A stretch of 64,000 nucleotides of DNA from an uncultured Bacteroidales bacterium (GTDB taxonomy: Bacteria > Bacteroidota > Bacteroidia > Bacteroidales > Bacteroidaceae): assembly GCA_902760315.1 (NCBI GenBank), contig CACWFV010000008.1, forward strand, positions 14,212 to 78,211, given 5' to 3'. How positions within the stretch are numbered: the first letter of the stretch is position 1; the number at the start of each line of letters is the position of its first letter. Below, one piece after another: positions 27,827 through 36,829 of this stretch. Made by a program: the position numbers and the translations under genes. The notes under the pieces are model-generated. The model made no database searches and was not told where the DNA came from. It saw nothing but the letters and a program-made list of their open reading frames with translations.

Positions 27827-28750
27827 TCAGATAGGCAGTGTGAGCACAAAGCGAGACCCTGGACCGGGATAGTTAGTGTCGAGCACGACATCGCCCTCCA
27901 GACGGCGGGCAATGCTGCGGGCTACCGTCAGTCCGATGCCCTCTCCGTCGAAGAACTGGTTCAGCTTAACGTAGGGCTCGAAGATGTGTTCCTGCTCAGC
28001 GACGTCAATGCCAGCACCGGTATCTTCGACAGTATAGATAGCCTGCATCTTCTCCATGTCGACAGCCACCTTGAGCGTGACAGCACCTTCGGTGGTGAAC
28101 TTCAAGGCATTGTCCAGCAGATGAGTCAGCGCACGCACAGCTTTGGGAAGATTGGTGGAAAGCATGGTGGCAACAGCTACCGGGTCTATCTGCTTCTGGA
28201 ACTGGAGGTAGCTAATCTTATCAATGCCCGTGGCACTGATGGCTTCGTCAGCTATCTGGCTCACCAGAACGTTGTCCGTGCGGCTAATAGCTTTCTGACC
28301 ATCCACGTCATCCATGTCGCTAATCTGTCCTATCAGTGCCGACAGTTTGCTATTGTCAGTGGCTTTGGCAATATCGCGCATGCCGGCCAACGCTCTGTCA
28401 ATGACTTCTCCCGACTTCAAGGCATGCTGTTGTAAGCGTGCACATTCGGCCTGCAGCGTGTCACAACGTTGCTGCAGCGTGTCGGCGAGTTGTTTGCTTT
28501 TTTTCTGTTCCTCTTCCAGCTTTTCAAAGGCCTGCAGTGCCTGTTCGTAGCCTTCGCCCACATTGTCGAAGTTTTTCTCCAATGCATGGTAGTCACCCTG
28601 CAACTTCTGTTGCTCGTTGACACGATGTTGGTAGTCGTCCAGCAACTTCTGTTGCTCTTCAGCCTGCCGGTGGCTTGCCTTCACCTGGAAATAGAGAGCT
28701 ACAGCCAGTATGACGGCCACGCCTATCAGTATGTATATCACAATCATCAT
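27827..28750 (-). CDS. Membrane-anchored coiled-coil protein with HATPase_c domain
   Basis: N-terminal TM helix; LLDNALKFT, DTGAGI and GIGL motifs; no H-box seen. Confidence 0.8.
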   Translation of the reverse strand: MMIVIYILIGVAVILAVALYFQVKASHRQAEEQQKLLDDYQHRVNEQQKLQGDYHALEKNFDNVGEGYEQALQAFEKLEEEQKKSKQLADTLQQRCDTLQAECARLQQHALKSGEVIDRALAGMRDIAKATDNSKLSALIGQISDMDDVDGQKAISRTDNVLVSQIADEAISATGIDKISYLQFQKQIDPVAVATMLSTNLPKAVRALTHLLDNALKFTTEGAVTLKVAVDMEKMQAIYTVEDTGAGIDVAEQEHIFEPYVKLNQFFDGEGIGLTVARSIARRLEGDVVLDTNYPGPGSRFVLTLPI

Positions 28751-28778
28751 AAGGCAAAAGATTTATCGCGGTTCAATT

Positions 28779-29090
28779 TTATTCAGCTTTCTTCTCTACC
28801 TTCATAAACTTGGTGAAGCCCGTCATGGCCAGCACCTTGTAGATTTCCGGGCTGACGTTGGTCATCTTGAACTGGCCTTTCTGCTGCATGACGGTACGCA
28901 TGGTCTTCTGGATGACGCGCAGTCCGGAGGAAGCCATATAGGTCAGGTCTTCACAATCCATCTCCAAATCTATGCCGCCATCAACGAGTGCAGGCTGGAT
29001 GTCTTGTTCGAACTGGGAAGCATTCATTGTGTCAATGCGCTCTCCTGTTTTGATGATGGTCTTGCCACCTTCTTTAATAATCTGTGTCAT
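28779..29090 (-). CDS. STAS-domain anti-sigma factor antagonist
   Basis: RIDT..A, LTYMASSGLR and VLAMTGF motifs. Confidence 0.9.
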   Translation of the reverse strand: MTQIIKEGGKTIIKTGERIDTMNASQFEQDIQPALVDGGIDLEMDCEDLTYMASSGLRVIQKTMRTVMQQKGQFKMTNVSPEIYKVLAMTGFTKFMKVEKKAE

Positions 29091-29177
29091 AAGCGTTTAT
29101 TGTTTTTTAATTTTTTAGTTTTTTAATCTGTATTTGATGGTATAGTTGATTTCAATAAAAATAAAGGTATAGCGTCA

Positions 29178-29585
29178 TCAGATGTTTTTCTTCATGGTCA
29201 ACAGGTTCTTGCCCTCCAAGCGTTGGTAGCTAACCTGATTCATGATGTTCTTGACGATATAGATACCCATGCCGCCAATGTCCCGGTCTGCCGGGTTGAC
29301 GTCCGGATTAGCATCCTCCTTTTGTGTAGGGTCAAACTCCTTGCCAGCATCACTCAGTACGAAGGTCAGCTCGTGACCATCACTTTCGGCCAGCAGTTCT
29401 ATCTCTGCCGACGCATTCCGGGGATAGGCATAAAAGATGACGTTGGACACCATTTCTTCCAATACCAGGTTCAGGTTCATCTGCAGTTCCTTGCCAAGCC
29501 CCAGTTCCTCGCCGATATCAGCGATGAACTGGTTGACGCGCTCCAGTTCTCCTACTTGGTTTTTCAGTTTCAGTTCCTTCCTCAT
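29178..29585 (-). CDS. Anti-sigma factor Ser/Thr kinase (RsbW-like)
   Basis: EEMVSNVIFYAY, DAGKEFDP and GGMGIYIV motifs. Confidence 0.88.
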   Translation of the reverse strand: MRKELKLKNQVGELERVNQFIADIGEELGLGKELQMNLNLVLEEMVSNVIFYAYPRNASAEIELLAESDGHELTFVLSDAGKEFDPTQKEDANPDVNPADRDIGGMGIYIVKNIMNQVSYQRLEGKNLLTMKKNI

Positions 29586-29618
29586 GGTAATTATTTTTAG
29601 TTATCGATACCTTGCCAT

Positions 29619-30512
29619 TCAGACAATGATTCTTGTCTTGTGGTAATTTTCGCGAAACTCTGTTGGTGAACAGTTTTTCTTTTTCTTAAAGATTCGGTTA
29701 AAATTACTCAGATTGTTAAAGCCACAAGCATAGCAGATTTCTGCCACGCTGTTTGACGTATCCACCAGCATTCTGCTGGCGTAGCCCAGGCGCTGCTCTA
29801 TGATATACTCGCTGAGGTTGCGCCCGGTGTGCAGCTTGAAGAAACGGCTAAAGGCCGACGGGCTCATGCCGGCGATATCCGCCAGCGTGTTCAGACGTAT
29901 CTCCTCCGTATAGTTCTTGGAGATGTAGTTTTTCACCTTCAGCACGCGTCGCGAGTCGCTCTCCACAGCCACCTTCGCATAGCTGGAAGACGCCAGCGTG
30001 CGCATCTCCGTGCTCTTTGACAACTCGTGCAGGATGGTCAGAAACTGGGTGACGGCATAGAATCCCTCCTTGACAGAACTCAGTGTGTCCAGCAGTTTAT
30101 ACACTCGCATGATGTCAGACAGCGAGAACGCCAGTCCCTTGCGTGCTTCGAGCAGCATCTTGCGCAGTGAGAAGAAAGGATTGCGTGAGAGAAAGCCGGC
30201 GTCGCTCAGGTCCAGGAAGAAGTGTACGGTTATCTCGCGGATATTGTCACTGGTGCACGTATTCTGTTCCCATACATGCTCCAAGTCGGGTCCCGTGATG
30301 ATGGCCAGGTCGTAGTCACCGATGACCTCATTGGAGTCACCCACGATGCGTCGCACACCAGGAGCGTTCTCCACGAAATTCAGTTCAAAGACATCGTGGT
30401 TATGGATGGGATAGGTGAATTCCTTCTTTCTACGCTCTGCGATGTAGAGGGCATCCTTACCCATCAGCGGCGTTATCTCGTGCATGACGCGTGGCTCGTC
30501 CAATGCTTTCAT
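29619..30512 (-). CDS. AraC family transcriptional regulator
   Basis: Cupin HNH..FELN; C-terminal CGFNNLSNFNRIFKKKKNCSP. Confidence 0.92.
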   Translation of the reverse strand: MKALDEPRVMHEITPLMGKDALYIAERRKKEFTYPIHNHDVFELNFVENAPGVRRIVGDSNEVIGDYDLAIITGPDLEHVWEQNTCTSDNIREITVHFFLDLSDAGFLSRNPFFSLRKMLLEARKGLAFSLSDIMRVYKLLDTLSSVKEGFYAVTQFLTILHELSKSTEMRTLASSSYAKVAVESDSRRVLKVKNYISKNYTEEIRLNTLADIAGMSPSAFSRFFKLHTGRNLSEYIIEQRLGYASRMLVDTSNSVAEICYACGFNNLSNFNRIFKKKKNCSPTEFRENYHKTRIIV

Positions 30513-31399
30513 CAGATCTTCAGTTCCTTCATGATTTCGCTCATGCGCTGCAGCGTGCTGATACGCGTCGGCACCAACGGCAGTCTGAGAATGTTTTCAA
30601 TATACCCCATTTCGTGGAGCATGGCCTTGACGCCGGCAGGGTTGCCGTCAACGAAGAGCAGCGAGAAGAGATCTTGGAATCGATGGTGAATCTTGCGTGC
30701 ACCGTCATATTCGCCCCGCATCTGCAGACGAATCATCTTTGAGAACTCACGCGGCAGGGCATTGCCAATGACACTGATGGCACCCACCGCTCCACAACTG
30801 ACCATGGGGAATGTCAGTGCATCGTCGCCAGAGAGCACCTCGAAGCCGCGTGGTCCGTTCTTGATAATTTCGTCCACCTGCTCCAGGTTGCCTGACGCCT
30901 CTTTGATGGCCACGATGTTGGGACAGTCGTGAGCCAGCCTCACCGACGTGGCCGCCGTCATGTTGACCCCCGTGCGTCCCGGCACGTTATACAAGACCAC
31001 GGGCAGTTTAGTAGCTGCCGCGATGGTCTTGAAGTGCTGGTAGAGTCCTTCCTGCGACGGTTTGTTGTAATAGGGGCACACGCTCAGTATGCCGTCCACC
31101 CCCTGAAAGTCGCCCGTCTGCAGTTCATGTACGATGGCAGCGGTATTGTTGCCGCCACATCCCATAAGAATAGGTACGCGCCCGCCCACCAAATCTACAA
31201 TAAGGTTTTTTATCTTCTGTTTCTCGTCGGCCGTCAGCGTAGGTGTCTCTCCCGTTGTGGCCAATATGCAGAAGAAGTCTGCCCCACTGTTCAGTTGGTA
31301 TTCCACGAGGCGCATCAGCGACTTGTAGTCCACCGAGCCGTCCTCCTGGAAAGGGGTTATCAACGCTATACCTAATCCCTTGAAGATGTTATGTGCCAT
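30512..31399 (-). CDS. dapA: 4-hydroxy-tetrahydrodipicolinate synthase
   Basis: TTGE, PYYNKP, YNVPGRTG, IKEASG and SGDD motifs. Confidence 0.93.
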   Translation of the reverse strand: MAHNIFKGLGIALITPFQEDGSVDYKSLMRLVEYQLNSGADFFCILATTGETPTLTADEKQKIKNLIVDLVGGRVPILMGCGGNNTAAIVHELQTGDFQGVDGILSVCPYYNKPSQEGLYQHFKTIAAATKLPVVLYNVPGRTGVNMTAATSVRLAHDCPNIVAIKEASGNLEQVDEIIKNGPRGFEVLSGDDALTFPMVSCGAVGAISVIGNALPREFSKMIRLQMRGEYDGARKIHHRFQDLFSLLFVDGNPAGVKAMLHEMGYIENILRLPLVPTRISTLQRMSEIMKELKI

Positions 31400-31487
31400 A
31401 TAAAATTCTAAATTCTAGTCTTTGCGGCTACAAAATTACATAATTTAATTGTAATCTGTTAAGAAATGCCTAAAAAAAATTTCACTT

Positions 31488-33566
31488 TCACACTTTCCTT
31501 AGCACGACAGCCGACCTTGCCGGTATGTAGAGTTTGAGCCACTCTTTGTGGTCCTCCACGTACATGGGGTCATAGTTAGTCATGTGTACCACCGTGTCGT
31601 CGGCGAATCCGTTGCCGCCAAACTCCTTGGCGTCGGTGTTGAGCACTACCTCGTAGGAGCCCGTAGGCACCAGGAATCCGTAGTCCGTGTAAGAGCGTGT
31701 CGGCGAGAAGTTGAAGACGAACACCAGATTGCCACGCATGTAGCACAGCACCTGGTCGCCATCGTTGTGCCAGATTTCGGTGACAGGCGTGTTCTGGAAC
31801 TTCTTCTCAGACTTAATGACCTCCAGCATCTTCCGGTCGAAGTCTCCCAGCCAGTGGTAGCACAGGTCCTTGTTGTCCACCAGGTTCCACTGTCGGCGTG
31901 CGTACTTGTACGACCATCCGTTGCCCTCGCGCGGGAAGTCTATCCACTCCGGGTGTCCGAATTCGTTGCCCATGAAGTTGAGGTATCCGCCGTTGATGGC
32001 TCCTGCCGTCACCAGTCTGATCATCTTGTGCAGGGCAATGCCTCGCTGTGCGATGTCGTTGACATCCTTCTTGGCAAAGTGCCAGTACATGTCGGCGTCG
32101 ATGAGTCGGAATATGATTGTCTTGTCACCCACCAGTGCCTGGTCGTGGCTCTCGCAGTAGGAGATGGTCTTCTCGTCGGGTCGGCGGTTTTTGACCTCCC
32201 AGAAGATGCTGCACACGTTGATGTCCTCGTCGCGCACCTCCTTGATAGTCTTTATCCAGTAGTCAGGAATATTCATGGCCATGCGGTAGTCGAATCCGTA
32301 GCCGCCGTCCTCAAACTTGGCAGCCAGTCCAGGCATGCCGCTCACCTCCTCGGCAATGGTGATAGCCCGCGGGTTCTCCTCATGTATCAGGCAGTTGGCC
32401 AGCGTCAGATAGCAAATAGCATTGTCGTCCTCGTGGCCGTTGAAGTAGTCACCATAGCCGCCAAAGGCCTCGCCCAGTCCGTGGCTGTAGTACAACATGG
32501 ACGTGACGCCGTCGAAGCGGAAGCCGTCGAAGTGGAATTCTTCCAGCCAGTAGCGGCAGTTGGACAGCAGGAAGTGCAGCACCTCGTCCTTGCCGTAGTC
32601 GAAGCACAGCGAGTCCCATGCCGGGTGCTCATGGCGGTCACCGGGATAGAAGAACTGGTTGGGGTCTCCTGCCAGATTGCCAAGGCCCTCGACCTCGTTT
32701 TTCACGGCATGCGAGTGTACAATATCCATGATGACGGCAATGCCCATTTTGTGGGCTGTGTCAATCATTTCCTTCAGTTCCTCAGGAGTGCCGAAACGAC
32801 TGCTCGGTGCGAAAAATGAGCTGACGTGGTAGCCGAAGGAGCCATAATACGGATGCTCCTGGATGGCCATTACCTGTATGGCGTTATAGCCGTCTTTCTT
32901 GACGCGTGGCAGCACGTTCTCCGTAAACTCCTTGTACGTGCCCACCTTCTCGGCATCCTGGCTCATACCCACGTGGCACTCATAGATGAGCAGCGGGTTG
33001 GTGTCGGGCTTGAAGTTTTTCTTCTTCCACACATAGGGCGTCTCCGGATTCCACACCTGGGCAGAGAATATCTTCGTCTGGTCGTCCTGCACCACGCGGC
33101 GGCACCAGGCGGGAATGCGCTCTCCCTCTCCGCCGTTCCAGTGTACCTTCATCTTGTACAGCTGTCCGTGCTTCAGGGCTTTCTCCGACAGTTTCAACTC
33201 CCAGTTGCCAGTGCCTTCTATGCGCTTACAGCGGTATTTCTCTGTCTCCTGCCAATTGTTGAAGTCACCTATCAGATAGATGTCGGTAGCATTGGGCGCC
33301 CACTCACGGAACACCCACCCCTTGGCCAGTTTGTGCAGTCCGAAGTAGAGATGTCCGCTGGCAAAGTCGGTCAGTTTTTTCTTGCCGTTCTGTGTCAGCT
33401 GGTTCAGTTTCCACAGGGCGTGGTCATGGCGTCCGCGGATGGCGTCCTCAAAGGGTTCCAGCCAGGAGTCGTTGCGTACCAGTCCTATGTGTTTAGGCGT
33501 TTCCACCTTTTTGGCTGTCGTTTTTGCAGCAGCCTTCTTCGCTGTTGTTTTTTTCGTTGTTGCCAT
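31488..33566 (-). CDS. glgB: 1,4-alpha-glucan branching enzyme (GH13)
   Basis: EWAPNA, DIVHSH, DGFRFDGVTSM, AEEVSG and ESHDQ motifs. Confidence 0.93.
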   Translation of the reverse strand: MATTKKTTAKKAAAKTTAKKVETPKHIGLVRNDSWLEPFEDAIRGRHDHALWKLNQLTQNGKKKLTDFASGHLYFGLHKLAKGWVFREWAPNATDIYLIGDFNNWQETEKYRCKRIEGTGNWELKLSEKALKHGQLYKMKVHWNGGEGERIPAWCRRVVQDDQTKIFSAQVWNPETPYVWKKKNFKPDTNPLLIYECHVGMSQDAEKVGTYKEFTENVLPRVKKDGYNAIQVMAIQEHPYYGSFGYHVSSFFAPSSRFGTPEELKEMIDTAHKMGIAVIMDIVHSHAVKNEVEGLGNLAGDPNQFFYPGDRHEHPAWDSLCFDYGKDEVLHFLLSNCRYWLEEFHFDGFRFDGVTSMLYYSHGLGEAFGGYGDYFNGHEDDNAICYLTLANCLIHEENPRAITIAEEVSGMPGLAAKFEDGGYGFDYRMAMNIPDYWIKTIKEVRDEDINVCSIFWEVKNRRPDEKTISYCESHDQALVGDKTIIFRLIDADMYWHFAKKDVNDIAQRGIALHKMIRLVTAGAINGGYLNFMGNEFGHPEWIDFPREGNGWSYKYARRQWNLVDNKDLCYHWLGDFDRKMLEVIKSEKKFQNTPVTEIWHNDGDQVLCYMRGNLVFVFNFSPTRSYTDYGFLVPTGSYEVVLNTDAKEFGGNGFADDTVVHMTNYDPMYVEDHKEWLKLYIPARSAVVLRKV

Positions 33567-33578
33567 AGATTTCCTGCC

Positions 33579-34025
33579 TTATGCTTTCACCTTGAATATT
33601 GCTTTTTTAAGTTCCTCAACACCGGCTATGCAGGGTGCGTGGCCGTCCTGCGGAAAGAAGATGGCCATCATGCCCGGCTGACAGGTCACGTAACTGTCGG
33701 CTGCCAGGTCAGAAATCTTCGTAATGTCCTTCTCCTCGTTGTAGACAGCCTCTGGCAGCATCTCCCGCTGCGTATAGCCAAAGGTCTCGGCCGCCGTGAT
33801 AGGTATCTGGATGTCTATCATCTTGTTATGCGTTTCAATGACAGCCTGGTCAGGGGTTTTGCCCTTAGCTATGGTAATGTTGACGAAGAGGTCTTTGCCC
33901 GCTATTTCATATTTGCCGGGCTCCATTGTTTCCAGGTTGTTGTTTTTCAGGAATTCCACCACTTTTGGGAAGAGCGGGTTGACGGCCGCATACTTCTCCA
34001 AATTGTCTACTGTGTCGATAATCAT
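33579..34025 (-). CDS. YhcH/YjgK/YiaL family protein
   Basis: ETH..MIDIQ and IFFPQDGHAP motifs. Confidence 0.88.
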   Translation of the reverse strand: MIIDTVDNLEKYAAVNPLFPKVVEFLKNNNLETMEPGKYEIAGKDLFVNITIAKGKTPDQAVIETHNKMIDIQIPITAAETFGYTQREMLPEAVYNEEKDITKISDLAADSYVTCQPGMMAIFFPQDGHAPCIAGVEELKKAIFKVKA

Positions 34026-34051
34026 AATGCTTTTGTTATAAGTTAAACATA

Positions 34052-35185
34052 TCAGTTATTGTCTAATTGTCGCTTGCCCCTGACATAGGTGCCCTGGGCT
34101 GTAATGTTGCCGTTGCGGTCTTTCTCCACGAAGCGCCCGTCACGTTTGTCGTCGGCATAGGTACCTTCGAAGCGCAGTCCCTCCTTGTTTTCCTCAATGG
34201 CTGGTCCGTGGCGCTTGCCGTTCTTGAAGTGGCCGCGGAATTTCGACCCGTCGGCATAGCGTGCTATTCCTTCGCCGTGGATGGTGCCGTTGCGGAACTG
34301 ACCTTCAAAGTAGTCACCATTTTTCATTGTCAGTTTGCCTCGTCCGTTGGGTTTGTCGGCCTTCCACTCGCCTTGGTACGTGTTGCCGTTTTTCCACACC
34401 AGCATGCCCTGTCCCTGCTTGTCGCCTTTATAGAATTGTCCGGTATAGCGATCACCGTTGGCATAGCGGAAGATGCCCTGCCCGGTGCGTTCTCCGTTGA
34501 TGTAGTCACCGTCATAGAAGTCGCCGTTCTGGAACTTGTAGATACCCTTGCCGTTCTGTGCGTCGTTAACAAACTGGCCTATATAGACATCGCCGTTAGC
34601 ATAGCGGAAAGTGCCCTTACCGTGCTGGCGGTTGTTTCTCCATTGTCCTTCATACCGCGAGCCGTCGCCCCAGTCAAAGGTGCCGCGGCCGTTTTTCTGG
34701 TCGTCCTGCCATTCGCCGTCATAGTAGGCACCGTTCTTGTATGTGTAGCGCCCCTTTCCGTGGCGTTTGCTCATTTTCCATTCGCCATCATAGACGTCGC
34801 CGTTATAGTAGTACATCACGCCATGCCCCTCCTGCTCGTCGCGATACCACAGTCCGCTATACTTATTATTATTATTGAAGTAGAATGTTCCCTTGCCGTG
34901 CTGGTGGTCTTGCATCCACTGGCCCTCATATTTCTCGCCGTCATGGAAGGTGTAGACGCCATAGCCCTGTCGCTTGCCCTTCACGTATTCCCCCTCGAAG
35001 TGGTCTCCGTCTTTCCAGATAGTCTTTCCCTTGCCGTGTGGCTTGCCACTCATCATCTGGCCTTTATACTCTCCTCCGTCCTTCATCCGGTAGGAGCCGA
35101 GGGTTATCTTCTGCGCCGACACGGAGAGTGCCAACAGTGTATAGAAAAACAGACATATATATCGCTTCATCATAAGTTTAGACAT
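34052..35185 (-). CDS. MORN repeat protein
   Basis: Signal peptide plus about 14 YxGxW/F....HGxG repeats; likely start at MMKRY. Confidence 0.9.
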   Translation of the reverse strand: MSKLMMKRYICLFFYTLLALSVSAQKITLGSYRMKDGGEYKGQMMSGKPHGKGKTIWKDGDHFEGEYVKGKRQGYGVYTFHDGEKYEGQWMQDHQHGKGTFYFNNNNKYSGLWYRDEQEGHGVMYYYNGDVYDGEWKMSKRHGKGRYTYKNGAYYDGEWQDDQKNGRGTFDWGDGSRYEGQWRNNRQHGKGTFRYANGDVYIGQFVNDAQNGKGIYKFQNGDFYDGDYINGERTGQGIFRYANGDRYTGQFYKGDKQGQGMLVWKNGNTYQGEWKADKPNGRGKLTMKNGDYFEGQFRNGTIHGEGIARYADGSKFRGHFKNGKRHGPAIEENKEGLRFEGTYADDKRDGRFVEKDRNGNITAQGTYVRGKRQLDNN

Positions 35186-35275
35186 TTAAACTTGACAAAG
35201 GTAAGAAAAAAATACGATACGGCAAAGCGTTTTAAAAATTATTCACTATCTTTGCAGACAAATTGCACAAATTAT

Positions 35276-36025
35276 ATGAAGTTTATTGCTATCATCCCTG
35301 CCAGATACGCCTCGACGCGCTTTCCTGGCAAACCTCTTGCCATGCTGGGTGGCAAGACCGTCATCCAGCGAGTTTACGAACAGGCTGTCAGCGTCTTGGG
35401 CGAAGCCTACGTAGCCACCGACGACGAGCGCATCCGCCAGGCGGTGGAGTCTTTTGGCGGCCGTGCCGTCATGACGCGCCAAGACCACAAGAGCGGTACG
35501 GACCGCATCGAGGAGGCTGCCACCAAGATAGGCACCACGGCCGACGTCATCATCAACATCCAGGGCGACGAGCCCTTCATCCAGGCCTCGCAGATTGAGA
35601 CGCTGATGCACCTCTTCGACGACCCGTCCACGCAGATAGGCACCTTGGGCAAGCCCTTCGAGACCATGGAGGCCGTGCAGAATCCCAACTCGCCCAAGAT
35701 TGTGTGCGACTGCCGGGGCTTCGCGCTCTACTTCAGCCGTTCCGTCATTCCCTTTGTCCGTGGCCAGGAGCCAGCATCATGGCTGCAGCATTTCCCCTAC
35801 TTGAAACATTTGGGTGTCTATGCCTACCGCCGTGAGGTGCTCCACGAGGTAACGCTCCTGCCCCAGTCGTCGCTGGAGAAGGCCGAGAGCCTGGAGCAGT
35901 TGCGCTGGCTAGAGAATGGCTACCGCATCCGTGTGGGCACCACCGACGTCGAGACCGTGGGCATTGACACACCTGAGGACTTGCAGCGCGCCGAGGCTTT
36001 TCTGGCGCAACAGTCACATTTGTAA
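35276..36025 (+). CDS. kdsB: 3-deoxy-manno-octulosonate cytidylyltransferase
   Basis: MKFIAIIPARYASTRFPGKPL, QGDEP and LEQLRWLE motifs; -7 box TATCTTTG upstream. Confidence 0.95.
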   Translation: MKFIAIIPARYASTRFPGKPLAMLGGKTVIQRVYEQAVSVLGEAYVATDDERIRQAVESFGGRAVMTRQDHKSGTDRIEEAATKIGTTADVIINIQGDEPFIQASQIETLMHLFDDPSTQIGTLGKPFETMEAVQNPNSPKIVCDCRGFALYFSRSVIPFVRGQEPASWLQHFPYLKHLGVYAYRREVLHEVTLLPQSSLEKAESLEQLRWLENGYRIRVGTTDVETVGIDTPEDLQRAEAFLAQQSHL

Positions 36026-36027
36026 CC

Positions 36028-36711
36028 TTATCCTGCCTGCAACTGGCGCACCAGCTGGCGCTGGTGCTCGGTCAGTCCCGTAGGCAACTTTACCTGATAG
36101 GTCAGTATCAGGTCGGTGCCTCCCCTGCCCTTTCCGCGCAGCCGCACCTTGGTGCCAGGCTGTGTTTCGGGCTTTATCTTCAGCTTTAGCCGCTCGCCGC
36201 TGCCTGTAGTCACCATGATGTCGCCACCGAGCAGGGCGGTATACAGGTCCAGGGTGACGGTGGCCTGCGTGTTGCGGGGCTCCTCTTTATAAGTGGTATG
36301 GGCGCCAAAGCCCTGGCCACCACCTTTCATGCCGCCAAACAGGTCCTGGAAGAACGACGAGAAGCCGCCGCCACCTGCCGACGAGAACGACGAGAAGTCG
36401 AAGCCCTCGAAGGGATTGCCGCCGCCCTGTGCGCCGCCAAAGCCGCCAAAGCCTTGTGCGCCGCCGGCCTGTTCAAAGGCCTCGGCCTGTTTCCACTGCT
36501 CGCCATACTTATCATACTTGGCACGCTTCTCCGGGTCGCCTATCACGTCGTAAGCCTCCGTCAGCGCCTGAAACTTGGCCTTCGCCTTCGGGTCGTCGGG
36601 GTGCAGGTCGGGGTGAAACTGCTTGGCCCGCTTCAGGTAGGCCTTCTTCACGTCCTTCTGCGCTATCGTCTTGTCGACGCCTAAAATCTTGTAGTAATCA
36701 ATAAATGCCAT
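36028..36711 (-). CDS. DnaJ/CbpA-like co-chaperone (short)
   Basis: J-domain with HPD, G/F-rich linker, one C-terminal subdomain. Confidence 0.88.
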   Translation of the reverse strand: MAFIDYYKILGVDKTIAQKDVKKAYLKRAKQFHPDLHPDDPKAKAKFQALTEAYDVIGDPEKRAKYDKYGEQWKQAEAFEQAGGAQGFGGFGGAQGGGNPFEGFDFSSFSSAGGGGFSSFFQDLFGGMKGGGQGFGAHTTYKEEPRNTQATVTLDLYTALLGGDIMVTTGSGERLKLKIKPETQPGTKVRLRGKGRGGTDLILTYQVKLPTGLTEHQRQLVRQLQAG

Positions 36712-36829
36712 AACATTACCTCCTATCTTTTTTTATTTTCTTTTAACCTTTCCGCAGCAAAAAGCGTGCCCAAGGTCTTGCGGAATCGAAAAAAAACTGC
36801 TACTTTTGCACGCATCTATCACAAACATT

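Noticed and set aside
29103-29126. TTTTTTA(A/G) x3 as another periodic array
   Set aside because: Low-complexity AT-rich translation-initiation region; too short to be significant.
34067-36025. 652-aa ORF ending in KdsB as a fusion protein
   Set aside because: The upstream part is the antisense shadow of the MORN gene; kdsB has its own -7 box and ATG at 35276.
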